This document shows, in pieces, positions 24,613 to 37,093 of a DNA stretch of 64,000 nucleotides; positions within the stretch are counted from its first letter, which is position 1, and each line of letters starts with the position of its first letter. The stretch covers positions 999,909 to 1,063,908 of the forward strand of contig NW_025215381.1 of NCBI RefSeq assembly GCF_004010195.1, in the 5' to 3' direction. The position numbers were made by a program, and so were the translations under genes. Origin of the DNA: Chiloscyllium plagiosum. Taxonomy: Eukaryota. Below the pieces are notes generated by a model. It did no database searches. It saw only the letters and a list, made by a program, of their open reading frames with translations, and was not told where the DNA came from.

Positions 24613-27600
24613 TGTAATGGGTGAACAGATCTAGATAAGACAGACAAAGAAAACTGTTTCCCTTTTGTTGATGGTGCCAGGACAAGGGGACACAGATACT
24701 GGATGGGAGAAAGGTGAAACATTTTCAAAGTCACTGTCCACTTGAGGCAATGAATGATTTCAAAAGAGGGAGATTACCGTCTATGGGCATCAGGGAAAGA
24801 GCAGGGAAGTGGGACTGACTGGATTGCTGTATATAGATGCAGTATGATCTTAATGGTTGAATGGCTTCCTCTTGCGCTGTTATGAACAGATATTTTCTCA
24901 TAGTGGTGTTGATTGCAGGGCTTGGCCAGTGCTTCTAACCAACGTGTAACCTCCACAACCTTCTGGGACTTGGGTGGAGGTTTCACATTTCTACTGTCCT
25001 TTGATGTCTTTGCAGATTTCTCACCTAAATAGCTAAGTGCTAATTTTAGTGCCCAGTTGTTACAGATTTCCAACCAAGGTAGTAAATTTTCTCTTACCTA
25101 CACTATCAGATTCCTTTCTTGCCTTAACGTCACTAATGAGAATAAACCTTCACCCCTGCCCCCACCCAACAAACCTCCAAAACTCATGGGAATATAACTC
25201 GTATTTTGTGTGACCTGTCCTCAGAATTCAACCTTTTAAACATTGCATTGTAAAGCAGATTGATAAGAACAATATAATGACATTGTTATTACATTCCTTC
25301 TAAGTGGTAATGCCCAGAACTGAACCCAGTTCCTCCTAAAGCTCTGTTCAATAATTACACCTTAAAGGACTTTATTCTTGAAACCCATAAAATCATTAGG
25401 CAATGCAGAATTATTAATGAATTTATTCTGTAAGGTGCACATGAAATATTCTTTTGTGAAGTGTGTGCAATTCTGGAATCCACATTATAAGAGGGAGGTG
25501 ATGGTACTGGAACAGGTACAGAGAAGATTTACCAGAATGTTGCCTTGGTTGGAGAGTTTCAGTTGTGAAGAGATTTTTGGCAGCCTGGGTTATTTTCGTT
25601 AGAGCAGAGGAGGTTGACAGGGGACATAAATGAAATGTATAAAATTATGAGGCACCAAAATTAGGTAGGTTAGACAGAAATAAATATTTCCCCTTGATAG
25701 AGGGATCAATGAGCAGGCAGCATAGATTTAAGGTCAGGAGCAGAACATTTAAAGGAGATGTGAGGAAAAACGTTTTCACGGAGAGGATGGTGGGGATCTG
25801 GAACTCAATGCCTGTAAGGATGGTAAAAGCAGAAACCCTCATAATATTTAAGAAGTATTTAGATGCACATTTGAGTTACCAAAGCGTATAAGTGCTGCAG
25901 AATGGGATTAGAATACTTAGATAGTTGGTTTTGATTGGCATTGACCCAGTGGGCTGAAGGGCTTCTGAGCTGTATGTTTCTATGATTCTCTGAATTGCTA
26001 TGTTTCATTGTAATATGCTGATGTTGTACATGACCACTGCCATATGAATTTTCTGTGTGTTTATGGATGTGGGCATCACTGGCTGGGCCAGCATTTATTG
26101 CCATTCCTAAATGCCCTTGAGAAGATGGTGATGAGTTGCCTTCTTGAACCACTGCAGTCCGTATGTGTTTGGGATACCCACAGTACTATTAGGATGGTAG
26201 TTCCAGGATTTTGTTCTCAGTGCCACTGAAGGAACAGCGCTATATTTCAAGTCAGGATGGTGAGTGATTTGGAGGAAAACTTGCAGATTCCTGGGATGGC
26301 AGGACCGGAGTATGAGGAGAGATTGAGCTAGTTATGATTGTATTCACTGGATTTTGGAAGAATGAGGGGTGATCTCATAAAAACCTATAAATATCTAAAA
26401 GGACGAGACAGGTTAGACACAGGAAAGATGTTCCAGATGTGGTGGGTGAGTCATAGTTTAATGATAACGGGCAAACCTTTTAGGAGTGAGATCAGGAGGA
26501 AATTCTTCACCAAACAAAATGTTGAGGCCAGAGCAATGTGTTTTCTAGAAGGTGATAGATACTGTTTTTTTTTTGTAGCTGAAGGGATATGGGAGAGAGT
26601 GCAGGACAAGGGTACTGACCTCATGATGAATGGTGGAATGGGCTTGAGGGGTTGAATAATCTGCATTAGCTCCTATTTTATATGTTTCTACACTTGTGTT
26701 CTTGTCTATTTGCTGTCCTTGTCCTTCTCGATGCTAACAGTCGTGGGTTTGGAAGATGCTGGCTTGGTAAGCTACTGCACTGAATCTTCCAGATGCTGCA
26801 CATTACTACTACAGTACATCGGTGGTGATAGATGATACCAAACAAGGGGCTGCTGTGTCATACAAGTTCATTCAGCTCTATGTTTATGACCCACGCAAGC
26901 CTCCTTCCACCCTTATCTGGATAACAAATATGTAATTCTGCAGCATACATTCACTATACATTGAGCAATAAACAGTGACCCAAGAACATCAAAAATTTGC
27001 ACTTCACACATATGACCTTTAATATTATTAAGTAGCCCAAGACCCTTGGGTCAGAACTATCAAAAATATCAAAGTTTAGCAGCTGAAGATAGTGCTGCCA
27101 GTGGTGGAGTTGCTAAGATCAGGGTAACTCGAGGCCAGATTTTGTGTTTAGATTTCAGGGAGATTTATGGGTTAGTGGAGCTTGCAGAGATGGGAGGAGT
27201 GAGGCCATGGAGGGATGAGATTTTTAAAGTTGGTATATTAATTTAGAGCCAGAGTAAATCAGAGTTCAAGGGTACTTAGTCAAGAAGACTTTGCGGCAGT
27301 AACAACGTGAACAGCAGAATTTTGAATGATCTCTGGTTTAGGAAGGGTAAAATGCTGCTCATTAGCTGGGACGTGGCAGTGAGGCAGGGTTACCGAGGTG
27401 GAAATGGCCTGGTCTTGTTGACGGTGTGGTTATGTGGCTAGAAACTCAGAGTTAAGTACGACATTGAACATTTCCTCAAAGGTTCAGCCTTAGACTTTTG
27501 TCCAGGAGAAGAATGGAATTGAGAGCTAGGGAAACCAGAGTTTGTGCCAGAGTCCGAAGGTGAGGTCTCCCAGATACTTAATTGGAGGAAATTTCTTATC

Positions 27601-28421
27601 ATCGTGCATGGCCGATAGACAATTTTACAGTTTGGAGACAGTGGAGGGGGCAACAGAGATGGTATTGAGATGGTGCTCAGTATCATCAGCATATACTTGG
27701 AAGTTGGTGCATTTTCAAATTTTATCATCAAAGGGCAGCATGAGAAACATGAAAGGACCAGGGATTGATATTGTGGAGACACCAGTTGTAATGGTGTGGG
27801 AACAGGAAGAGAAGCCATGACAGGTGGTTCTCCAGCTACAATTGATGCATAAGAATGGAATGAGGTGAGTCCAGTCCGATCACGCTGAAGGATCAGCTTT
27901 CACCCAATGACTCCTCCCCCAAATGTGGAGGTTAAGTGTGAATGAATTTGAGAAAGACCTATAACACAATGGTTGCGTTCTTGTGCGACCCTGCATTATA
28001 GAAAAATCACGCTTTAGAAAGAGTGCTTAAAGTGTTGGTGATGTAATCAGGTTACAGCCAGCACAGGTTTTAAAAGTTTGAGTTTTAGGAACAGTGTCCC
28101 CAGTTTGTCAATTGCATTACAGCAAACTCGTGATAACGAAACATGTGTTATAGCAGAGTGCCCTTTACCTTCTATGGTTAATTTGGCAGCCACACAGCAT
28201 CACAATCCGTGCTATGTTGGTGGACCTAGGGCTATTATTCTGCCAGCAATCAGTAGCTCAGGTTGCAGAGAAGAGGGATGTTCAAGGGTTAAGGGAGTAT
28301 TGGAATAATTCTGTAATGATGGAGGGAAAGCTTTGGAAGTGTTAGAAAAGTGTTTGGAACTTTACTGTCAAGAGTGACTAGAACGGGTTCTGGTTGTCAT
28401 GAAGATGGCCTTACATTGCAG

Positions 28422-28566
28422 ATGGTTACTTCGATGAGGAGGTGAAGTGTAACCTGTGCTACTGTGAATCCTGCCACAAATTGCGTGGAGATGAAGCCTA
28501 CTACAAGCGGGGCGACCCACCAAAGGACTACGCCCTCCCATTCGGATGGTGCAGGTTCGCACTCAG
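28422..28566 (+). CDS. NEURL4: NEURL4 coding exon (Cys-rich segment, start of ART-like domain)
   Basis: cattgcag| ... |gtaaat; 145 nt, phase 1/2; (D)[47 protein letters not shown](R). Confidence 0.95.
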
Positions 28567-29005
28567 GTAAATGGTCATGGGGCAAGTGTCATGATGCTGG
28601 TTGATCTGAACACACTTGATGGCAGCACATCTGGGACTTGGGAGTTTTCAGAAGGCTCATAGGCTGTCCAAGGGCTGGAGTAACCTTGTGGGATTTAATC
28701 AACCAAGTGGGAAGCTGTGCTGTCCATCCATGCACCCATATGGATATCAAGTTAGGATTGGGTGTAATGCATGGTGGGGTGGTAATGGATGGATCACTGG
28801 CTCAGTCAGTCACTGTATGTGCCTGTCCCACCTTTGGTTGCTGTTAACACCTCAGGCTTTTGGCCATAGCTCATGCATTTTGTTAGCCGTGCTGCATTTT
28901 GGGAACATCTAAACAAGTTGGTGTACAAACACAGAGACTTTGCTTTTGAAAGTTTTCCTTTCTTTTATACATTGCATGAACTGTGCTGACTGTTGGATCC
29001 TACAG

Positions 29006-29118
29006 GCTGAATCCACGCTGCGAAGTTGCTAATGTCTACAAGAAGTGGCACACAGCGTATCATGGAACATGTGTGGGTTCCCTGCGACGAACCTTGGACC
29101 ATGGGGAGCTGGTATCTG
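29006..29118 (+). CDS. NEURL4: NEURL4 coding exon (ART-like domain, YHGT motif)
   Basis: cctacag| ... |gtatgt; 113 nt, phase 2/1; (R)LNPRCEVANVYKKWHTAYHGTCVGSLRRTLDHGELVS(G). Confidence 0.94.
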
Positions 29119-30900
29119 GTATGTGAGCAGGCAAAATCTTAGTGGGTTGTCAGGCTGGGGATGAGGGAAGGAAGGAAATCATTTCATGTTTAACACATTG
29201 GAACCACCACTCTCCCCATCCTTCACATGCAGAAAGGTTTGTCCTGTTGTATCCTTATACCTATTCATCTTGTGAAGGTCCTGGTATCTTGTGAGTAACC
29301 TGTTCACTTTTGGAATGTTTGTTTGAACTAAGCTTGTTGCTTCTTTTCTTCCCCACCCCCACACTGAAAATGTTCCCCTGCCACCACCAGTCCATTGCTG
29401 GCTGTGCATCCCATCTGTCCCCACATTGTTGCAACCCTGGTTCTATCTGGTGGGAGTGCTCTGTCATGATAGGAAGTGTCTCACTCGATACCAATTAAAA
29501 TCCTGAGCTCCAGTCACCACTGGCTGAGAGTTCAAAGGTTAGAATTAAAGCAAAGCTTCCTTGACACACTCTGGTGAGCACTTCCCAGACTGAGTACAGA
29601 CAGCTGCTAAGGCAATTAAGGAGCAGTGGGGTCAAAACAGGTCAAAGATAATACAGTGATATCGACTAGATGTGTCAGTGGACAAACGATGATGTAATGA
29701 TTGCTTTCATCTTCAAATTGATTTCATTCCTTCAGGGTATACAGGCATCAGTCCAAAGAATCAAGTCTTTAATGAGACACTATGCTGCTTAATTCCCATG
29801 TGTTCAAGGATCTTTCATGTGTTTGTATTCAATCTGAGAACTCTCACTTCACAATCCAACATGAGAACAATGCAGTGGCTTGTTCACAGCTCTCACACTA
29901 ATTCAACTTTGATTATTGTATTGATCTCAGTCGATCAAAGATATATAAAGCTGACATCAGAATAGTGGCATGTAGGCAGAAAGATTGTCTCAACTTTTCC
30001 TATTCATTCGTGGTTATATGGCTCATTATATTTTGTTTTATTTTTATGATCACAGTTATCAGGTGAACATCTCCCACACAGGTCAGCCTTCTGAGCTGAG
30101 GTATCCTTGCCCTAGACCGATTTCAAAGTTCACCTCATTGCATTAATTCATTCTGTGCTGAAGCCAGAAACGGCTCAGGACATTGAGGTGTCCTTTTCAG
30201 CACAAATGGCAGGTAACGTTTGGTACGCCAAACCGCAACCCAGGAAGAGAACCCAGGAATACTGTTTGTGATAGTCTTCCTTCAAAACCATGTGAAGTTG
30301 TGAAATGTTTGCAGACTCAACAGCACTCTTTGACAGGGTGGAATATTGGTGTTTTGTATTGTTGCACTCTTACCTCGGAAAATAGGGAGAAGCAGTGTAA
30401 GGCTTTGCAGGTTGGTTGTCTCTCTAACAGAATGTGATCTAAAGGATCCCTTCACGGGCTAATGTCATGATTGCACAAGTCAGGTTTGAAAGCTGACATG
30501 GTAGATCACATTTTATTTTGTCTTGGTTTTATTGAGGACGTCCATACGTGCAATGTTGCAGATTTGACTTTAACAATGAAACTGAAGTTTATTAAGCAAA
30601 AGACATGAAGATAAAATCAAATAAACTAAACTATTTACATCATGTTATTTAATGATTTTGGAACCCATAGTTGAAGTATAGTTCCATTTATCTCAGGACA
30701 ATCCTTCACAGACCTCCAAAATGTCCCTGGACTGTACCAAAACCACCTTCATACAGGACTCACTGTACGTAAGATCTTTTTCTAACATCTCAATGGGTCT
30801 AGATTAACTCTGACTTCAAGTCCGAGTATGGAAAATCTCTTTTCCTGGAGCTTTTGTACATTGGAGGTAAAATGCTCTCAGCTTTAAATAACCTATTCAT

Positions 30901-31262
30901 AGAGTCATAGAGATGTACAGCATGGAAACAGACCCTTCGGTCCAACCCGTCCATGCCGACCAGATATCCCAACCCAATCTAGTCCCACCTGCCAGCACCT
31001 GGCCCATATCCCTCCAAACCCTTCCTATTCATAGACCCATCCAAATGCCTCTTAAATGTTGCAGTTGTACCAGCCTCCACCACTTCCTCTGGCAGCTCAT
31101 TCCATACTCTGTGTGAAAAAGTTTCCCCATAGGTCTCTTTTATATCTTTCCGTCTCACCCTAAACCTATGCCCTCTAGCTCTGGACTCCCTACCCCAGGG
31201 AAAAGACTTTGCCTATTTACCCTATCCTTGCCCCTCATAATTTTGTAAACCTCTATAAGGTC
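30901..31262 (-). mobile_element. CR1 3' fragment
   Basis: 10-bp TSD ACCTATTCAT at 30891-30900 and 31263-31272; 3' end like 59933-60210. Confidence 0.85.
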
Positions 31263-31529
31263 ACCTATTCATTGTGTTATCCAAACACTTCTGTTCTGGG
31301 ACTGTCATGAAGCTTTTTAATTTAAAGTAATCTAGTTTCTCATCTTCTCCACTTCTCCGGAATGCTGCTTTATGTTTCCATCTTCGTCCAAGACTTCTGC
31401 AGAACTCTCCCAAACTGAACCAAAACAACATTTTTTCCACAGCCTCAGAATTGTCCAGCTGAAATCTTGATGGGCAGTTATTTAACTTATAAACCCACCT
31501 AATGTAAACTCAGCCTAAAGCCTATCTTT

Positions 31530-33385
31530 CAAAATGATATTACTACTGCAATGGGGTTCCTATGGATTGGAAAGTTTTAAATGTAACCCTGCAGAAAAGA
31601 AAGTTTCAGAAAAGCATGAGGGAAAACGGAACGGCAGACCTATTAACCCAACACCATTAGCAGGGAAAATACGAGAATATATTCTGAAGGATGTGATCAT
31701 TGGATATGTAGAAGCTAATTGTCTGATTGGGTCGAATCACCTTGAATGTTGAAAAAGACATCATGTTTGACAAACCTGTGTGTTTTGAAGATGTGACGAG
31801 CAGAGTCAATGAAGAGAAATGTTATGGACCAGACCAAACCCCCTCGAAATATATTAAGATGATAGATTAGACCCTAATGCTTTCTTATTTTAAAGGCAAG
31901 TGTCAGGTGTTGCATTCCGGATGCAATTTGATTGGTCAAACTGAGTCTTGAAGCAAAACACACTTTATTCATACACTGTAGTTAAAATACAACAATTCCA
32001 ATGTAGTAACATCCCATAAATATACCCTTGGCAAAGACAAATTCAGTGAAATGGATTGTCTCACATGCAATTCTAGCTGCAGGAAGAGAACCCCCAGCTT
32101 TTAGCTGTAACAGAGGATGGAAAAACAGCTTCCACAAAACCCCAGCAGCTGCTACTGAAAATCTAAAGAGATTAGTAAGCAAAATTGAAGCTGAAGATAT
32201 CAGAGCTAAGGTATTGATGGGGATAGAGAATTGTTTCACAGACAGGAAGCAGAGAGTTGGAATAAACTGGTCCTTTTCAGAGTGGTAGTCAGTGATGAGC
32301 AGGATTCAGCGCTGTTCACAATGTACGTTAACAATTTGAACAAAGGAATTACAAAGTTAAAAATCACACAACACCAGGTTATAGTCCAACAGGTTTAATT
32401 GGAAGCACACGAGCTTCCAATTAAACCTGTTGGACTATAACCTGGTGTTGTGTGATTTTTAACTTTGTACACCCCAGTCCAACACCGGCATCTCCGAATC
32501 ATAACAAAGGAATTGATTGTCATATCTCCACATTGGCAGAAGACACTAAGCTGGTGGCAGTATGTGCTACCAAGAGGATGCTAGGGGACTACAGGGTGAC
32601 TTAGACAGGCAGGCTGAGTGGGCAAATACTTGGCAAATGTAAATGTGAGGTTATCCACTTTTCGGTGGCAAAAGCAGGAAAGCAGATTATGATCTGAATG
32701 GTAAGAGTTTAGGGAAGGATGAGGTGCGACAAGACCTACGTGTCATGATGGAACAGTCACTGAAAGTTGGCATGCAGGTGCAGCAGGCAGTGAGAAAAGC
32801 TAATGGCATGGTGGCCTTCAAGGACAGGGGATTTGAGTATAGGAGCAAGTATGTCTTGCTGCTGCTGTACAGGGCCTTGGTGAGGCCACATCTTGAGTAT
32901 TATGTGCAATTTTGGTCTCTTAGTCTGAGGAAGGACACTCTTGCTAGTGAGGGAGTCCAGCGAAGGTTCACTCGACTGATTCTGCGATGGCAGCACTGAC
33001 ATATGAAGAAAGACTGGAGCGACTGGGCTTGGACTCACTGGAATTTAGAAGAATTGAGAATGGAGCTCTTAGAAACATAAACTCCTGATGTGACTGGACA
33101 GGCTAGATGTGTTGGGTAACTCCAGAACTGGCAGTCACAGTCTAAGAATAAAGGGCAAGCCATTCAGGACTGAGATGAGGAAGAATTTCATCACCTGGAG
33201 AATCCTCTACCTGGGAAATTTCATCACCTGGGAAAGCTGTTGGGGCCAGTTGGTTGGATATATTCAAGAGGAAACTGGATGTGGCCCTTAAGGCTAAAGG
33301 GATCAAGGGATATGGAGAGAAAGCGGAAGTGGGGTACTGAAATTGTATGATCAGCCATGATCATACTCCTGAACCTATTTTCTGT
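31530..33385 (+). mobile_element. Degraded CR1 ORF2 with nested LTR-like piece (~31820-32165) and PLE fold-back
   Basis: KVLMGIENCFTDRKQRVGIN; QSLKVGMQVQQAVRKANG...LEYYVQFWS...RRFTRLI. Confidence 0.75.
32351..32502. mobile_element. 152-bp fold-back PLE-terminus insertion
   Basis: Perfect 56-bp arms 32351-32406 and 32413-32468, 6-nt loop; 12-bp TSD AACAAAGGAATT at 32339-32350 and 32503-32514. Confidence 0.88.
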
Positions 33386-33593
33386 ATAAAACTAAAAATC
33401 CAGGTTCTGTGGGAACTTCATCCCACCCAGTGGTACCAGTGGGGTAACTCAAGGATCAGTGCTGAATCCCAGCTTTTCACAATCTGTATGAATGATTTGG
33501 ATGTGGAGCCACTTGTAATATTTCCTGATGATACAAAGCTCAGGCAATGAGAGTTGTGTGAAGAGAATGCAAAGAAACTTCAAGGGAGTTTAA

Positions 33594-35170
33594 ACATAGA
33601 ATGTTACAGCGCAGTATAGGCCCTTCGGCTCTCGATGTTGCGCTGCCCTGTGGAACCAATCTGAAGCATATCTATCCAGCACTATGCCATTTTCATCCAT
33701 CTGTTTATCCAATGACCATTTAAATACACTTAAAATTGGCAAGTTCATTAAAGTTGCAGGCAGTGCATTCCATGCCCCTACTCTCTGAGTAAAGAAAATA
33801 CCTCTGACATCTGTCCTATATCTATCACCCCTCAATTTAATGCTATGACCCCTCATGCTAGCCATTGCCATCCGAGGAAAAAGGCTCTCACTGTCCACCC
33901 TATGTAACCCTCTGATTATCTTATATGTCTCAATTAAGTAGCCTCTCAACCTCCTCCTCTCTAACGGAAACAGTCTCAAGTCCCTCAGCCTTTCCTCATA
34001 AGACCTTCTCTCCATACCTGGTGACATCCTGTTAAATCTCCTCTGAACCCTCTCCAAAGCTTCCACATCCTTCCTGTAATTTGGTGACAAGAATTGTATG
34101 CAATACTCCCAAGTGCGGCCGCATCAGAGTTTTATACAGCTGCAGCATGACCTCATGGCTCTGAAACTGAATCCCTCTACTAATAAAAGCTACCACACTG
34201 TATAACTTTTAACAACCGTATCAACCTAGGTGGCAACTTTCATGGACACAGAGATCTCTCTGCTCATCTACTACACTACCAAGGATCTTACCATAAGCCC
34301 AGTACGCTTGATTCCAAAGCAAATCACCTCACACTTTACTGCATTAAATAGCATTTGCCAGTTCTCAGCCCAACTCTGCAGCTAATCTATGTCCCTCTGT
34401 AACCTGCAACATCCTTCAGCACTATTCACAACTCTGCCGACCTTAGTGTCATCCGCAAATTTATTAACCCATCGTTCTACGCCCTCACCAAGATTATTTG
34501 TAAAAATGACAAATAGCAGTGGTCCCAGAACAGATACTTGTGGTACCCCACTAGTAACTGAACTCCAGGATGAACATTTCCCATCAACCACCATCCTCTG
34601 TCTTCTTTCAGCTAGCCATTTTTTGATCGAAACCGCTAAATCACCTTCAATTCCATGCCTTTGTACTTTGTGCAATAGCCTACCATGGGGACCTTTATCA
34701 AAGACTTTACTGAAATCCATATACACCACATCAATTGCTTTACCCTCATTCACCTATTTGGTCACCTTCTCAAAGAACCCGGTTAGGTTTATGTGGCATG
34801 ACCTACTGTTCACAAAACTGTATTGACCATCCCTAATCAATTTATTCCTTTCCAGATGATTATAAATCCTATCTCTTATAACCTTTTCCAACATTTTACC
34901 CACAACTGAAGTAAGGATCACTGGTCCATAATTACAAGGGGTTCTTGAACAAGGGACCAACATTTGCTATCTTCCAGTCTTCTGCCACTATTCCTGTAGA
35001 CAATGACAACATAAAGATCAATTCTGCAACCTCCCCCCTGGCTTCCCAGAGAAACCTAGGATAAATCCCATCTGGCCCAGGGGACTTATCTATTTTCACA
35101 CTTTCCTGAATTGCTAACACCACCTCCTTGTGAACCTCAAACATGTTTAGTCTAATAACCTGTATCATGA
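33594..35170 (-). mobile_element. CR1 LINE ORF2 3' half
   Basis: KSPGPDGIYPR, YMDFSKVFDK, SGVPQVSVLGPLLF, KFADD, RKDVEALERVQRRF. Confidence 0.9.
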
Positions 35171-36164
35171 CAGACAATACAATATGGAGAAACGAGATGT
35201 AGGAGGAACATAACTGCAGGTTTGGATTTATGTTCCTCCTACCTCTTTGGTAGGAGGAACATAACTGCAGGTTATTTATTAAATGAGAAGCGATTGATAA
35301 CTGTTAATGTGTAAAGATTACTTTACTGAAAGTTCACAGGCTGGTGTAGCAAGCAATTTGGAAGGAAAAGCACGTGTTCACCTTTATTACAAGAGTATTT
35401 GAGTACAGGAGCAGTCAATTGTGTGGAACACTGGGAAGACTGCACATAATATATTGTGTGCAGCTGTGGTCTCCTTGTTTAAGGAAAGATGTTCCTGTCA
35501 CAGAGCAAGTACAGTGGAGGTTCACCAGACTGATTCCTGGTTTAGCCGGAATTTACTGTGAGGAAAGATTGAGGAAATTGGGCCTGTATTCTCTGGAGTT
35601 TAGAAGAATGAGAAGCAATCTCATGGAAACCTCAAAACACTTTAAGGGATAGAGTTAATGCAGAAAGAATGTTTCCCCTGGCTGTGCAGTCAAGAGCCGA
35701 GGAACGTGTCTCAGAATGCAAGGCAAGCCTGTTTTGAGGAGGAATTTTGTCACTTAGAAGGTGGTGAATCGTTAAAATTCTTTACCTAAGAGGGATATGG
35801 AAATTCAATTGTTGAGAAGTTCAAAACAGAAATTGATAGATTTCTAGTTACTGATGATATCAAGGGGATAAGGGGTTGAGGCATATGTTCAACCATAATC
35901 TAGCATGGTGGAACAGACTCAAGGAGCTGAATGGCCTCCTGCTGTTATGTTCTGAGTAAATTAAATTCCTAACTGAATTTCTTGTGATTATTACAATATT
36001 GGCAGCCCCTATTTCTGCAAGAGCAAACTTTGTCTATATCCACTCGATCAAAACCTTTCGTTACTGTAAAGACCTTTTATAAGGTCACCCCTCGGCCTTC
36101 CTGCTTCAAGGGAAAAAAAATCCAGCCAAACTTTTGCAAGTTGGAAATCCACTTATTTCAAGCC

Positions 36165-36500
36165 AAAGTTAACTCTACTCTTAAACTGAAAGTTAAGCTT
36201 TCTCGACACTGTTCCCATCAAACACTCCCAGGGCAGGGATAGCATGGGGTTAGCTACAGAGTAAAACTCTCTCTACTCCTTTTAACTGAAAGTAAAGCTC
36301 CCACTGAGCCAAACCCATCTAAAAACCCCAAGACAGTTAGCACTAAGTCGAGATTGTGGTGCTGGCAGCATCAAGGAGCAGGAAAATCAATGTTTTGGTC
36401 ATAAGCCCTTCATCACAGCACTGAGTTAGATAAAGAGTGAAGTTGCCTCTGCACTGTTCCCATCAAACACTCCCAGGACAGGTGCAGCACGGGTTTAGAA
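36165..36500. repeat. Degenerate ~70-bp tandem units, interrupted by a PLE fragment (~36347-36414)
   Basis: cactgttcccatcaaacactcccagg...agcacggggttag...agagtaaa recurs about three times. Confidence 0.6.
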
Positions 36501-36550
36501 GAAACCAATGGCTGAGCTGCGGAAGCAGATGTTTTCTGCAATCCAGAGTT

Positions 36551-36758
36551 GAAACTTTATTGCTGGAACAGCACAGCAGGTCAGGCAGCATCCAGGGAAC
36601 AGGAGATTCGACGTTTCGGGCACAGGCCCTTCTTCAGGACCTGTGCCTGAAACGTCGAATCTCCTGTTCCCTGGATGCTGCCTGACCTGCTGTGCTGTTC
36701 CAGCAATAAAGTTTCAACTTTGATCTCCAGCATCTGCAGACCTCACTTTCTCCTCGAA
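36551..36758. mobile_element. 208-bp fold-back PLE-derived insertion with hammerhead core
   Basis: 80-bp arms 36547-36626 and 36640-36719 (one G.T mismatch); 13-bp TSD GCAATCCAGAGTT at 36538-36550 and 36759-36771; - strand 36606-36640 reads gtc CTGAAGA a GGGC ctgt GCCC GAAA CG TC gaat. Confidence 0.88.
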
Positions 36759-36933
36759 GCAATCCAGAGTTACGTAACCGTGCATTTTTTGTTTTGTGTT
36801 GATCTGAGAAAAACAGCTAAAGTCTTTCCATTGTCCTCTAATTTCTTCTCCTTCTCTCTGCCTCTGCCCTTTACCACCTTGCCTCTGTGCTGTCACTCCT
36901 CTTCTCAACCTGACCTCCTCCACATTAAAGCAG

Positions 36934-37093
36934 GGAGCTCCTCGATTTTCTGTACCAGTGAGACTAAAGTTGAGCTCCAGAATGGATATAACGATCCCGA
37001 GGAGAACAGTATTCAGGAGAAAGACGTTGTGAAAGTCAGCCTGTCTCCAACAATGCGATATGTCGGTCTTGACCGGTTCTGTCCTAAAATACG
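36934..37093 (+). CDS. NEURL4: NEURL4 penultimate coding exon
   Basis: taaagcag| (NAGNAG; alternative start 36931) ... |gtaagt; 160 nt, phase 1/2; (G)SSSIFCTSETKVELQNGYNDPEENSIQEKDVVKVSLSPTMRYVGLDRFCPKI(R). Confidence 0.9.
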
